64,000 nt of DNA from an uncultured Elusimicrobia bacterium (GTDB taxonomy: Bacteria; Elusimicrobiota; Elusimicrobia; UBA1565; UBA9628): the NCBI GenBank assembly GCA_964600165.1, contig CAZRIP010000004.1:5883-69882 (forward strand), given 5' to 3'. A program made the translations under genes and the position numbers. Below, piece after piece: positions 29,420-40,939 of the stretch. Numbering within the stretch: position 1 is the stretch's first letter; each line of letters starts with the position of its first letter. Below the pieces are notes generated by a model. The model did no database searches. It was not told the origin of the DNA and saw only the letters and a list, made by a program, of their open reading frames with translations.

Positions 29420-31815
29420 GCCTTTCCCCCGATGAGCAGAGTAACGCGCGCGCCCAGCGCGAGCGCGGACTTGGCCTCGGGGTGCGCGCGCGCGAGCGCG
29501 AAGTACTCGGGCGAGGCGAACTTGATCTTTTCGGCCGGCGGATTGCCGGCGAGCTCGAAGTCCCCGTCGACCCACCGGTCGCTCCTCAGGTAAAAGGTCT
29601 TCGCTCCGACCGCGCGCGTCGCGATCGTCCTCACGCCTTGCGCCTTGAGTTCGTCCTTGGCCGCCTTCTCGGCGACGGCCATGCCGTCCATGGCTTGGCC
29701 CACGGCGCCCGCCGGGGCCGCGGCTCCGGTCGAGCCGGCCGCGCCCGAGATCATGCCGCTCATCATCCCGAAGAGCCTCGAGTCGGCCTGCGCCCGCATC
29801 GCCATGCCCTTGTCGCCCGAGAAGCCGCTTCCGCGCGCGGCGGCCACCGACAGGGCCATGGTCTTGGCGAAATTCCGCGTGGCGGCTTGCGCCGGGACGG
29901 CGAAGTTCTGCGGCATCGGATTTCCGTGAGCGTCGCGCTCATTGAAGCTGTCCTCGGTGATGAGCGCGGACGTGTAGGGCGTGATGATGCCGTATTTCTT
30001 GGCGAGCTTGACGATCGACCGCACGGCCTCCGGATTCGGCGCGCGGCCGGACAGGCGCAGAGCGTCGAGCTCGTGGCCGATCTTGAGGTTGGCCCACAGG
30101 CGCGGCAGGAACGAGCGAGACAGGTCTTCCTCGGGCAACTCGAGGGGAAACTCGAAGCGCACGGGATGGCCGCCCGTCCGTCCGGTGACGACGACCGAGC
30201 CCTTGCCCGCGCCGCGGTAGCGGCCGAGCAGCGTCAGCTCCCCGCCGTAAAAGACGTCGCGGATCGGCCGCGGGTAGGTCTGGTCGACGTCGAGGCCTTT
30301 CCATTCCACGCGGACGTCGGTGAGCGCGGGCTTCGAGACCTTCTGATAGAGCGTCGACACCTTGGCCTCGATGTCCTCGCCCGGCGCGACGTAGTCGCGC
30401 GCGCCGCCGTTGCCGTCGGCGAGCTTGTCGAGGAGCAGGGTGTTGACGTCGTTGCCGACGCCGAAGACGAAGACGCGGGCGCCCGACGCCTTCGTCTTGT
30501 CCGCCGCGCCGCGCAGCAAGGCGTCGACGTCGGTCTCGCCCACGGTCGGAGCGCCGTCCGTGAGGAGGAACGCCATCGGCACGCGCCCGTCGGAAGGCTT
30601 GAGCATCCTGAGGCTTTCGGCGAGAGCGGCGTCGATGTTCGTGCCGCCGGCGGCGTCGATGCGCTCGGCGTAGCGCTTGGCGCGGGCGACGTTTTCGGGC
30701 GTCGCCGCGACCAGGCCGGCCTCGAACTCGTTGACGTCGGTGGCGAAGTCGACGATCGAGAAACGGTCGCGCGGCGACAGCCGGCCGAGGCAGTAGGTCA
30801 GCGCGCGGCGCGCCTGGTCGATCTTGCCGTCGTCGTTCATCGAGCCGGAGCGGTCGATGATGAAGACGACGTCCTTGGGCGTCACGGCGCCCGGCTCGGC
30901 GTGCGCGCGCGGCGTCAACGAGACGAGCACGAAGCCGTCCTCGCCCTTTTCCTTATAAACGACCGAGGCCTCCGCGAGCGGCCCGGCGCCCGCCGAGTAG
31001 AAGAGGAGGAGGTCGCCGGCGTCTGAGGGCGGAGCGTAGGTGACGCGCGCCTTGCGCTCGCCGTCACGCTCGATCTTGGCGCCCGAGGACGGCGAGTAGA
31101 GAGCGCGCAGCGGCTCTTTGGATGCGAGCTCCAGGCGCACGCTTGGTTGGTTCCCGCGTTCTCCTGATAAAAAACGGGCGGAGCGCACCGGCACGCGCAG
31201 CTCGCGCAGGCCGCCGGAGGCCGGGACGATCTGAGAGACGGTAAGGGTAACGTCAACCGTGCCGTTGGGCTCGATCGGGAACACCCGCGCGCGCAGCGTG
31301 CGCTCCCCGATCACCTCGAGCAGGCCCGGATCGCGCATGCGCGCGACGATTCCCTCATAGATCTGGGTCGCCTGCGAGGACTCGAGCAGCTCGGCCTTGG
31401 CCTGCTTGCCGCCGACCGTCATCTTGAAGCCGTTGAGCGCGGCGGTCTCGGGCAAGGGCATGAGCAGGACGCCCTCGAGGCGCTGCGGCGTGGGGTTGCG
31501 GAAGGTCATGTGATAGGTGAGCGTGGCCGCTTGATCGTCGATCGTCCCTTCGACGCCGAAGGCCGAAAGCTCCACCGGCGAGCCCGGCAGCGGCGGCAGC
31601 GGCACGCCGGGTTGGGGCAACGGGCGCGGCTGGGGCAGCGGGCGGGGCGGCAGCGGCCTGATCGGCTGGCCCGGCAGCAGCATGCGAAACCCCGGCTGCC
31701 CGAGCGGCCAGGCGATGAGCTCCTGGGCTTGCGCGGCGGCGGCGAGCAGCGTCACGGCGACGGCGGCGAGTGCGGCCAGGCGCGTCTTCATGGAGGCCTC
31801 CCTACGGTCGAGCAT
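29401..31815 (-). CDS. Secreted VIT (vault/inter-alpha-trypsin) plus von Willebrand factor A domain protein
   Basis: Signal peptide. VIT-like N-terminal region. VWA MIDAS motif VVFIIDRSGSMNDDGKIDQARRAL...LLTDG. Confidence 0.75.
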   Translation of the reverse strand: MLDRREASMKTRLAALAAVAVTLLAAAAQAQELIAWPLGQPGFRMLLPGQPIRPLPPRPLPQPRPLPQPGVPLPPLPGSPVELSAFGVEGTIDDQAATLTYHMTFRNPTPQRLEGVLLMPLPETAALNGFKMTVGGKQAKAELLESSQATQIYEGIVARMRDPGLLEVIGERTLRARVFPIEPNGTVDVTLTVSQIVPASGGLRELRVPVRSARFLSGERGNQPSVRLELASKEPLRALYSPSSGAKIERDGERKARVTYAPPSDAGDLLLFYSAGAGPLAEASVVYKEKGEDGFVLVSLTPRAHAEPGAVTPKDVVFIIDRSGSMNDDGKIDQARRALTYCLGRLSPRDRFSIVDFATDVNEFEAGLVAATPENVARAKRYAERIDAAGGTNIDAALAESLRMLKPSDGRVPMAFLLTDGAPTVGETDVDALLRGAADKTKASGARVFVFGVGNDVNTLLLDKLADGNGGARDYVAPGEDIEAKVSTLYQKVSKPALTDVRVEWKGLDVDQTYPRPIRDVFYGGELTLLGRYRGAGKGSVVVTGRTGGHPVRFEFPLELPEEDLSRSFLPRLWANLKIGHELDALRLSGRAPNPEAVRSIVKLAKKYGIITPYTSALITEDSFNERDAHGNPMPQNFAVPAQAATRNFAKTMALSVAAARGSGFSGDKGMAMRAQADSRLFGMMSGMISGAAGSTGAAAPAGAVGQAMDGMAVAEKAAKDELKAQGVRTIATRAVGAKTFYLRSDRWVDGDFELAGNPPAEKIKFASPEYFALARAHPEAKSALALGARVTLLIGGKAYSVED

Positions 31816-31964
31816 GGGGTTGGGACACCGGGGGGCTTTCTAAGTTCCAGGCCGCGCTCTTTTATCAGCTCCCGGGCCCCTCGCCGCAGTCCCGTCTCAG
31901 GTCTTCCTTCACTCCCCCGCGGCGCCCGGCGCCGCTATCATCTCCTCATGAAGCAAGGAGGAGC

Positions 31965-32742
31965 CATGAATCGGTTCAAGAAGCTGGCCGTGACGCTCGC
32001 GTTGTCCTTGGTGCCTGCTCTGGCCGCGGCCGCCGCGGCCCCCGCGGCCCCCACGGCGCTCGCCGACGGCGCCTGCCCTCCGGCCAAGACGCCGGCGGAA
32101 CTCGCGGCCGTCATCCTCAAGCTCAAGCCGTTTTCGAGCCACACGCGCTTATTGAGCCAGCCGGGCTTCATGCGCCTCTGCCTTGCCGAGAAGGCGGGAC
32201 CCGTCTCGCAGACCTCGCTCGACAAGGCCAACGCGGACCCTGACTTGGCCAAGCTGCGGCACCAAAGCCAGATCGCGCTCAACGAGAAGGCGCGCGCGAT
32301 GATGCGCGGACCGGGCGGCACGCCTCCGGTCGCGGCCGCGCCTCAGCCTCCCCGGAGCGTTCCGGCGGCGAAGCGGCGCTCCGCGCCGATCGTCCGCGGA
32401 CCGGTCCCGGCGCCCAGGCGCGCGGCCTCCCCCAAGATCGTCGTGCGCGACGTCCGGCCCGTGCGCCACACCGTGCTCGGCAGCCCCGACTTCGGGACTT
32501 TCATCGGGATGCACGACCGGCCGCGCAATGGACTGACCATCGGCCCCGACGGGAAGCTCGTCATCATCCGCGAGCCTTATCGCGGCTTCAACCCGCAGAT
32601 CGGCCGCTTCGACGGCTGCGGGCCGACGCCGATCAGCGGAGTTCACGCGCCCGCGCCGAAGTGCCGCAAGCCTCCCGTCGAACCGCAGGAGCCGGCCTAT
32701 CGCCCGCAGCCGGGTTGGGCCAAGAGCCGCGGCGAGATCTAA
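31965..32742 (+). CDS. Hypothetical secreted protein (Pro/Ala-rich middle region)
   Basis: RBS AAGGAGG 5 nt upstream, then signal peptide MNRFKKLAVTLALSLVPALAAAAAA. Confidence 0.5.
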
Positions 32743-33848
32743 GGGAGCTTCTCGAAGGAAACGTCGTCGGCGCGCGGGACCGCGCGGAACTGATACGGGA
32801 CCGCGCGGCCGTCGTCGGCGCCGGGCGGAAGAGGCATCTGGCGGTACTTAACGACGGCGGTCTTGGACCCCGACGTGACCGCGTCGATCTCGACGGCGAG
32901 CTCGCTCGTGCCGAAAACGACGACGAGCATGCGCTTGGACCAATCGACGGTCGGCGCCGCCGCCTTCATGCCGCGGGCCGACCACAGCGCCTGGCGTTGC
33001 GTCTCGGACCGGACGACGACCCCTTGGACCGACGGCGCCGGAGCGGGAGGCTCCATCGCCGCGCCGCGTCCGGCGCTCACCGAGGCCGGCGCCGCCTGGA
33101 GCAGCATGGACATCTGGCCGCCGACTTGCGCCGCGGAGGGCGCGGCCGCAAGCTGCTCGACGCCTCCCGCGACGGCCATCTCGCCCATCGGATGGCGGTC
33201 CGGCGCGACGATCCCGCGCACGCCCATGAGCCGTTCCTGGCGTCGGAGATCGGCTTGCAGCCGCTCGTTGGTGAGCTCCGCTTGCGCGGCCTGGGCGGAG
33301 TCGGACTGTAAATCGGTCTTCGCCGGCGCTTTGGCGTCGGAGACGGGCTCGTCGACGCCGAGCGGAGCGCCCGGCGCGCGGGCGAGCTTGGCGTTCTTCG
33401 CGACGGCGCGCGCCGATTTGAGGCCCGAAAGCGCGGGCGAGGGCGTGGAGAGACGCAATTGATCCTCGGGAATCTCGGGCAGAGCGCTCGCCGCTCCGGC
33501 GATCATCCCGGGCGAGAGCATGACCTTCGCCCGGTCATAAACGACGAGAGTGACGAGCAGGCTCGCCGCCGCGAAAGCGACGGTCCGCGCGCCCACCGGT
33601 AGGCGCCAGGGGCGCGCTTGCCGGCTCGGCGCGCCGGAAACTCGGCGGCGCTCGAGGCGGGTCATGAAGCCCGACGGCAGCGAGGCCTGGGGCAGACCGC
33701 CGATCATGTTCGACAAGGACTTGAGCTCGTCGAGCTCGGCGCGGCAGCCGGAGCACTCGCCGAGGTGCGACTCGACGCGCTTCTTCTCGTCGGGATGGAG
33801 CTCCCGGTCGAGATAGTCGCCCAGCAAGGCTTTGATCGAGCAGATCAT
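32739..33848 (-). CDS. Anti-sigma factor (zf-HC2 zinc-finger type) with a transmembrane helix and a periplasmic domain
   Basis: N-terminal H-x3-C-x2-C motif (HLGECSGCRAEL) and a central transmembrane helix. It is translationally coupled (ATGA) to the upstream ECF sigma factor. Confidence 0.6.
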   Translation of the reverse strand: MICSIKALLGDYLDRELHPDEKKRVESHLGECSGCRAELDELKSLSNMIGGLPQASLPSGFMTRLERRRVSGAPSRQARPWRLPVGARTVAFAAASLLVTLVVYDRAKVMLSPGMIAGAASALPEIPEDQLRLSTPSPALSGLKSARAVAKNAKLARAPGAPLGVDEPVSDAKAPAKTDLQSDSAQAAQAELTNERLQADLRRQERLMGVRGIVAPDRHPMGEMAVAGGVEQLAAAPSAAQVGGQMSMLLQAAPASVSAGRGAAMEPPAPAPSVQGVVVRSETQRQALWSARGMKAAAPTVDWSKRMLVVVFGTSELAVEIDAVTSGSKTAVVKYRQMPLPPGADDGRAVPYQFRAVPRADDVSFEKLP

Positions 33849-34441
33849 GAGGCCACGTACTTCTGCAGGCGTTCCTTGAGCGCCTCGCGCGCCCGGGAAA
33901 GCCGGGATTTGACGGTGCCCTCCGGCAAGTCGAGGGCGGCGGCGATCTCTTGATAAGACTGGCCTTGGATCTCGCGCAGGACGATCACGGCGCGGCTCTC
34001 CGCGTCGAGCTCCATGAGGGCCTTCTGCACGACCGAGCCGGCCTCTGAAGTCTGAAGCCCGGCGTCGAGCGCCTTGTCGTCGGACTTGAACGCCGGCTCC
34101 TCGTCTTCATCCTCTCCCCTGAATAGATTGAGCGACACCATCTTCCAAAGCCCGCGGCGCTTCTCCGAGCGCACGCGGTTTTTCCACGTGTTGACGGTGA
34201 TCCGGTAGACCCACGTCGAGAGCGACGACTCGCCGCGGAAGTTCGGCAGGGCCTTGAGCGCCCGGATCAGCGCGTCTTGGGCGAGGTCCTCGGCGTCCGT
34301 GGCGTTGCCCACGAGACGCAGCGCGAGGTTGTAAACGAGCCCCGCGTGTTTGTCGAGGAATTCCCGCTCCGACACGTTTTCTGACACCGGTTGTCTCCTG
34401 GAAGTTCCCGTATTGTAACAGTCTAACGACGGGGGCGCCAT
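33845..34441 (-). CDS. ECF (RpoE-like) RNA polymerase sigma factor
   Basis: Region 2 ...DAEDLAQDALIRALKALPNF...STWVYRITVN. Region 4 ...QEIAAALDLPEGTVKSRLSRAREAL. The true start may be internal (GTG) because the annotated 5' end overlaps the upstream gene. Confidence 0.8.
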   Translation of the reverse strand: MAPPSLDCYNTGTSRRQPVSENVSEREFLDKHAGLVYNLALRLVGNATDAEDLAQDALIRALKALPNFRGESSLSTWVYRITVNTWKNRVRSEKRRGLWKMVSLNLFRGEDEDEEPAFKSDDKALDAGLQTSEAGSVVQKALMELDAESRAVIVLREIQGQSYQEIAAALDLPEGTVKSRLSRAREALKERLQKYVAS

Positions 34442-36057
34442 GCCCGGGCTGTTACGGCCTGCTCGTAGGCGCGGCGGGCGAGCGGGTTGCCGGGGTCGAG
34501 CGCGACGGAGAGAGCGGCTTCCCTTATGGCTAATTCTCTCCGGCCCTGCCTCAGATAAAGCGCGCCGAGCCGGTTGTGCGCCCAGGCGGAGCGCGTGATG
34601 TCGTAGACGAAGAGGGAGCCCGCGAGCAGCGCCTGCGGCTCGATGCGGTCGAGCCAGGCGAAAGCCGCCGGGTCGGCGAGCCCGAAGCCCACTCTATAGC
34701 TCGCGCTGACGAGCAACAGCTCCCGGGCCGGCGCCGTCGAGTTGAGATGCTCGAAAGGCCGCTCGGCCGTGAGCGGATCGGGGATCAGGTCCTGATGCGG
34801 CCCGAGCCAGTAGTCGAGGTCGCCGTCCGAGGCGATGGCTGTGACCAACTCGGGCGAGCCTTGCTCCTTTATATAGTCATGCAGCAGCGGCAGCTCCATC
34901 CCCCAGTCGAGGTTCGAATCGGCCAGCACGCGGTGGCCGCCCGCGCGTCCGCCGGCGAGCTCGTTGAAGTAAGAGAAGGTCCGGGGGGAAAACGCCAGGC
35001 ACTCGGCCGCGTGCCAGGCGAGCAGGACGCCGACGAGCGCGGCGCGCCGTCTTTCGAAGGCCGCGGCCGCGAACACGCACAAGAACGGATACGCGGGCAG
35101 CACGTAGCGGATGCCGAGCTGCTTATGGCTGAGCGTCCCGGCGAGAAAAAACGCGGCCGCGGGAACGAGCAGCCGCCAGTCGGCTTTGCGCGCGGTCGCG
35201 GCGAGCGCCAGGAGGATCAGGAACGGGATCGTCGCTTTCGATAAGAAGGCGACGAGGTAATATTCGGGGAACCAGCCCGCCCGCGCGCGCCCGAGCAGGT
35301 AGTTCGTGCCTTGGCCCGCGCCCTGAAGTTGCGCGACCCGGCCCGCGGCGAGCGCATAAAGGGACGGAGCGCCGATGAGCCAAAGCGCGAGAGACGCGAG
35401 CGCGAGCCCGCCGGCGGCCCAAAGCGACGCGTGCTTCCAATCCTTCGGGCGGCCGGCGACCGCGGCGGGGATCAAGAGCGCGGTCGAGATCTTCGTCGAA
35501 AACCCGAAAGCGAGGGCCGCCGCGCCCGCGGCCGGCTTGCCGCGGTCGAGCAGCTCCCAGGCGATAAACCCGAAGGCCGCGACGGCCAAGTCGAGGCTCA
35601 GAAGCGAAGCGTGCGCGACGAGCAGCGGCTCGAAGCAGAACAGAGCGAGCGCGCCGAGCGCCGGACCTTCGCCGAAGCGCCGCCGGGCGGCCGAGAAGAC
35701 GGCAAAGCCGAGGAGAAGCGCGAGCGCCAGGCTCGGCAGCCGCGCCCAAAATAGAAGGCTCATGGGGTCCGAGCCGGAATGATAAAGGAGGTCGCGGCCG
35801 AAGCGGTAGGCGTTGCCGTCGTCCTCGGGCAGGCGGGGATGAAGAGGCAGCAGGCAGGCGCCGGAAAGCCACATGAGCAGGGGAGGATGCTCGCGCGCGG
35901 CGAGTCGGAATCGCCCCGTCTCGACGTAGGAATAGCCCGCTCCGACCATGGCGAGCTCGTCGTAGGCGTTGGAATGGACGCGGGAGGACCAAGCGGCCAG
36001 CGCGGCGAGACAAGCGAGCAGCGCGGCGCAGGCCCAAGAGGCGCGCGCGCGCCGCAT
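34423..36057 (-). CDS. GT-C family (PMT_2/ArnT-like) membrane glycosyltransferase with C-terminal TPR
   Basis: About 11 transmembrane helices. The C-terminus reads ...HNRLGALYLRQGRRELAIREAALSVALDPGNPLARRAYEQAV. Confidence 0.55.
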   Translation of the reverse strand: MRRARASWACAALLACLAALAAWSSRVHSNAYDELAMVGAGYSYVETGRFRLAAREHPPLLMWLSGACLLPLHPRLPEDDGNAYRFGRDLLYHSGSDPMSLLFWARLPSLALALLLGFAVFSAARRRFGEGPALGALALFCFEPLLVAHASLLSLDLAVAAFGFIAWELLDRGKPAAGAAALAFGFSTKISTALLIPAAVAGRPKDWKHASLWAAGGLALASLALWLIGAPSLYALAAGRVAQLQGAGQGTNYLLGRARAGWFPEYYLVAFLSKATIPFLILLALAATARKADWRLLVPAAAFFLAGTLSHKQLGIRYVLPAYPFLCVFAAAAFERRRAALVGVLLAWHAAECLAFSPRTFSYFNELAGGRAGGHRVLADSNLDWGMELPLLHDYIKEQGSPELVTAIASDGDLDYWLGPHQDLIPDPLTAERPFEHLNSTAPARELLLVSASYRVGFGLADPAAFAWLDRIEPQALLAGSLFVYDITRSAWAHNRLGALYLRQGRRELAIREAALSVALDPGNPLARRAYEQAVTARAWRPRR

Positions 36058-36720
36058 CTAGACGAACGCTTTGACGGCCGGCGCGGCCGTGAATGCCGGT
36101 TCGGTGACCTTCTTCAAGTCGTCGATCGAGACGCCGTCGGCCTTCGCGCGCAGGACCAAGCCTTTCGGGGTCACGTCGAAGACTGCGAGCTCCGTGACGA
36201 TCGTCGACGCCACGCCCTTGCCGGTCAAAGGCAGCGAGCACTTCTTGAGGATCTTAGGCTTGCCTTCCTTGGTCGTGTGTTCCATCGCGATGATGACCTT
36301 TTTGGCGCCCGCGACCATGTCCATCGCGCCGCCCATGCCCTTGACCTTCTTGCCCGGGATCATCCAGTTGGCGAGATCGCCGGTCTCGGACACTTCCATG
36401 GCCCCGAGGATCGTCGCGTCGACGTGCCCGCCGCGCACCATCGCGAAGGAGTCGTGCGAGCCGAAGTAGGCGCAGCCGGGAAGCTCCGTGATCGTCTCCT
36501 TGCCGGCGTTGATCAAGTCTGGGTCCTGCTCGCCCTCGTAGGGGTACGGGCCGTAGCCGAGCATGCCGTTCTCGGTGTGCAGCGTGATGTGCACGCCGGC
36601 GGCGAGGTAATTGCTGCAGAGCGTCGGCACGCCGATGCCCAAGTTCACGTAGTCGCCGTCCTTGAGCTCTTGCGCCGCCTGCTTGGCGATGACGACGCGC
36701 TTATCCATGTCCTTGGCCAT
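36058..36720 (-). CDS. scoB: 3-oxoacid CoA-transferase subunit B
   Basis: Near-canonical ScoB sequence (GVPTL...[10 protein letters not shown]...catalytic Glu context SENG). Confidence 0.85.
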   Translation of the reverse strand: MAKDMDKRVVIAKQAAQELKDGDYVNLGIGVPTLCSNYLAAGVHITLHTENGMLGYGPYPYEGEQDPDLINAGKETITELPGCAYFGSHDSFAMVRGGHVDATILGAMEVSETGDLANWMIPGKKVKGMGGAMDMVAGAKKVIIAMEHTTKEGKPKILKKCSLPLTGKGVASTIVTELAVFDVTPKGLVLRAKADGVSIDDLKKVTEPAFTAAPAVKAFV

Positions 36721-36721
36721 G

Positions 36722-37432
36722 TTAAGCTCCCACCGCGACGCGCTTTCGAACGGTCAGCTTCTCGATCGGCTTCAAGTAGCGCGGGCCCTGGAAGATCATG
36801 TCGACGAAGATGCCGGGCGTGTGGACGGAATCGGGGTCGAGCGAGCCGACGGGCACGAGTTGCTCGACCTCGGCGATGACGACCTTGCCGGCCGTCGCCA
36901 TCGCCTGGTTGAAGTTGCGCGTCGTCTTGCGATAGACCAGGTTGCCGTATTGGTCGCCCTTGTACGCTTTCACGAAAGAAAAATCGGCCTTCAGGCCTTT
37001 CTCGAAGACGTACCACTTGCCGTCGATCTGTCGCGTCTCCTTGCCTTCGGCGATCACCGTGCCGTAGCCGGTCGGGGTGAAGAAGCCCCCGATGCCGGCG
37101 CCGCCCGCGCGGATGCGCTCGGCGAGCGTGCCCTGCGGGTTCCATTCCACCTCGAGCTCGCCCGAGAGGGCCTTTTCCTCGAAAGCCTTGCACTCGCCGC
37201 CGTAGGACATGATCATCTTCTTGACCTGGCCGGCCTTGATGAGCTGGCCGTTGCCGTGCTCGTCGGTGCCGCCGTTGTTCGAAACGAGAGTGAGGTTCTT
37301 GGTCCCCTGCGCCTTGAGAGCGAGCAGGAGGTTTTCGGGCGTGCCGCAGAGGCCGAAACCGCCGACCATGATCATGGCGCCGTCCTTGACCTGCTTGACG
37401 GCCTCGGCGGCGTCGGAAATTCGCTTGTCCAT
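36722..37432 (-). CDS. scoA: 3-oxoacid CoA-transferase subunit A
   Basis: [14 protein letters not shown]...LTLVSNNGG. Confidence 0.85.
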   Translation of the reverse strand: MDKRISDAAEAVKQVKDGAMIMVGGFGLCGTPENLLLALKAQGTKNLTLVSNNGGTDEHGNGQLIKAGQVKKMIMSYGGECKAFEEKALSGELEVEWNPQGTLAERIRAGGAGIGGFFTPTGYGTVIAEGKETRQIDGKWYVFEKGLKADFSFVKAYKGDQYGNLVYRKTTRNFNQAMATAGKVVIAEVEQLVPVGSLDPDSVHTPGIFVDMIFQGPRYLKPIEKLTVRKRVAVGA

Positions 37433-37507
37433 GCGCGGATTTTACCAAACTATCCGGCCGACGGAGGAATGACCTCGCGTCGATGACCGACGCGAGGTCT
37501 ATCGGCG

Positions 37508-38356
37508 CTAGTCGTCCTCGAGCTCGGCGACCGGGATAGGCGCCGCGGTCTTTGCTGGCAGCAGGATCAAAAGGACGGCCGACGTGACGAGAGCGAAGGC
37601 GACCCCTGTCCTGGCGGAGAGCCTTTCCTTTAGAAGGAGCCAAGCGCCCACGGCGGCCAGCGCGGGCTCGAGCAGCTTCGCGCAGGAAAGGACGTTCACG
37701 TCCATTTCGTTGAGAAGGTGCGAGAAGATCGCGTGCCCGCCGATCGAGACGAAGGCGGCGAGGCACAAGACGCCCGCCCAGAAATCAAAGCTATAAGGCC
37801 CGAACGAGACGCCGCGCGCCGAGCCCGTCAGAAAAAAGAGCGGGCAGATCACGACGCTCATCATGAAGGCGAAGACCCAATTGTCGAGCTTGCGCCGCGC
37901 GCCCTTGCCGAGCAGCACGTAGCCGGAAAACGAGAGCGCGGCCACGAGCGCGGCCGTGTCGCCGGCGACGCTCGTCAGGCCGGCCGTCGCCCCTGAAAGC
38001 AGCGCGGCGATGCCCGCGGCCGCGAGGAGCCAGGCGAAGAGGACGCGCGCGCCGAGCTTCTCCTTGAATAAGAGCCACGCGCCGAGACCGGTCCAGACCG
38101 GATGCAGCTCGAAGCCGATCATCGTGTGCGCGACGCTCGTGTGCTGCGTGGCATAAGTGAACGCCCAGAGATGGATGAAGAACAAGACGGCGGCCAGCGG
38201 CACGGCGGCCTTTTCCATCCGGGTCAGACGACGCCAGCTTTCGCGCCGCCGCCAGGCGAAGAACGCCAGCGCCGCCGTCGCGATCAGCTGGCGCCAGAAG
38301 CCGATCGCTTCGTTCGGGGCGTGGGCGAGGCGGATCATCAGCGCGGCCTGGGACAT
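37508..38356 (-). CDS. EamA/DMT-family transporter
   Basis: Ten hydrophobic helices in two EamA-like halves. The start at 38356 was chosen to avoid overlapping the ZIP gene. Confidence 0.65.
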   Translation of the reverse strand: MSQAALMIRLAHAPNEAIGFWRQLIATAALAFFAWRRRESWRRLTRMEKAAVPLAAVLFFIHLWAFTYATQHTSVAHTMIGFELHPVWTGLGAWLLFKEKLGARVLFAWLLAAAGIAALLSGATAGLTSVAGDTAALVAALSFSGYVLLGKGARRKLDNWVFAFMMSVVICPLFFLTGSARGVSFGPYSFDFWAGVLCLAAFVSIGGHAIFSHLLNEMDVNVLSCAKLLEPALAAVGAWLLLKERLSARTGVAFALVTSAVLLILLPAKTAAPIPVAELEDD

Positions 38357-38388
38357 CCCCAGGACCGCGAACGACAACAGCGCGAGGC

Positions 38389-39117
38389 TCAAAGGGCTTG
38401 GCTGAGCGCGAAGGCGAGGATCGCGCCGACGACCGTCATCGCCACCGTCCCCCAAGCGCTGTGGTGGGCGTGAGCCTCGGGCAGGATGTCGGCGGCTCCG
38501 ATATAGAGAAGGAAGCCCGCGAAGACGCCGAGATAAATCCCGAGAGCCTGGGGCGGGAAATGGAAAAGGGTCGTCGCCGCCAGGCCGAGCAGGGGCGCGA
38601 GCGCGTCGAGCGTGAGATAACCGAGCGTCGCCTTGCGCGAGTTCTGATGGTTGAGCATGATGGAGACCGTGTTCATCCCGTCGGTGAAGTCGTGGGAGAT
38701 GACGGCCGCGGCGACCATCAGACCGATAGAGCGGCTGACCTGAAAGCCCATGCCGATGCCCGCGCCGTCCATGAACGAGTGGCCGGCGAGCGCGAGCGCG
38801 GTGAGAACCCCGACCTTCGGATGGTGGTGCGCCGCGTACTCGGACTCGTGCGAGTGGTGGATGAGGACTGATTTTTCCGCCACGTGAAACGCGAGGAACG
38901 CGGCCACCATCGCGATCATCATCGTCATCGCCGGAAGCCCGTTGCGGCTGACCTGGGCGATGATCTCGGGGAAGATGTGAAACGCCACGACGCCGAGCAA
39001 AAAGCCCGCCATGAAGCCGAGCAGGAGATGCGCCCGGTCGCGGAAGCGCAGCGCGAAGAACCCGCCCGCTAGGGTGGAGACGAAAGTGGCGGCCGTCAGC
39101 GCGATCGCGAGCTTCAT
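38389..39117 (-). CDS. ZIP-family zinc transporter (ZupT-like)
   Basis: HSHESEYAAHHHP His-rich loop, the GHSFMDG metal-binding motif, and 8 transmembrane helices. Confidence 0.8.
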   Translation of the reverse strand: MKLAIALTAATFVSTLAGGFFALRFRDRAHLLLGFMAGFLLGVVAFHIFPEIIAQVSRNGLPAMTMMIAMVAAFLAFHVAEKSVLIHHSHESEYAAHHHPKVGVLTALALAGHSFMDGAGIGMGFQVSRSIGLMVAAAVISHDFTDGMNTVSIMLNHQNSRKATLGYLTLDALAPLLGLAATTLFHFPPQALGIYLGVFAGFLLYIGAADILPEAHAHHSAWGTVAMTVVGAILAFALSQAL

Positions 39118-39119
39118 GC

Positions 39120-39156
39120 AAAGAGAAGGCCCCCGCCGGTCGCCCAGCGGGGGCCT
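39120..39156 (-). terminator. Hairpin (GGCCCCCGC...GCGGGGGCC) with a weak T-tract downstream of metK
   Basis: A 9-bp GC stem and 11-nt loop followed on the minus strand by TTCTCTTTG. It ends 1 nt before the ZIP ATG. Confidence 0.45.
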
Positions 39157-39172
39157 TTCATTTCAAGCCTTC

Positions 39173-40375
<1,203 letters not shown>

Positions 40376-40461
40376 TTAATTGCCTCCGGGAGGTGAAAAC
40401 TATCCGACGATTATATCAGTTTTCCGTGATTTTGTCGTCGTGGGAGCGGTATAATCAAGAT

Positions 40462-40938
40462 ATGAGGATGATCCTCGTTATCATGCTTTTTGCGCTTTCC
40501 GCGCGCGCGGACGAGCCGCTCTCGGACGCCAAGAAGGCGCAGGCCGAGGGCAAAGCGCGGCAGTCGGCCGCGCAAGGCGAGCGAGATCGCGTCGCCGAGA
40601 AGATCCGCGAGTTGCGGAAAGTCCTCGAAGGCGTCGTGTCCGGCATGGAGAAGGAGGGCGTCTCCTTCGACCGCGTGCAGGGCGACAGCGTCTGGAACCC
40701 TCTGCCCGAGGCCGTTGCGAGCAAGGTCGCGCTCGAAAAATTGCGCAAGCCGCCGCGGCTGATCATGCTGCCGTCGGGCGGCGAAAGGATCTACGCCGAG
40801 GTCTCGCCGCGCAAGGGCGGCTGGCTCGTCGTCCTCGAGAGCCGGGGCAAGAAGACCGAGGTCCCCGCGCCCCGCAAGCTCGACGGGATCGCTCCGCGCT
40901 TGCGCGAGGCCGTCCTGACGTTGATCGCCGCGAAGTAA
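40462..40938 (+). CDS. Hypothetical small secreted protein
   Basis: Signal peptide MRMILVIMLFALSARA. TATAAT lies 7 nt upstream of the ATG. Confidence 0.45.
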   Translation: MRMILVIMLFALSARADEPLSDAKKAQAEGKARQSAAQGERDRVAEKIRELRKVLEGVVSGMEKEGVSFDRVQGDSVWNPLPEAVASKVALEKLRKPPRLIMLPSGGERIYAEVSPRKGGWLVVLESRGKKTEVPAPRKLDGIAPRLREAVLTLIAAK

Positions 40939-40939
40939 A

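Noticed and set aside
40376-40461. SAM riboswitch upstream of metK
   Set aside because: An extended -10 (TGATATAAT) sits about 38 nt upstream of the ATG, leaving a leader of about 30 nt, which is too short for any SAM riboswitch class.
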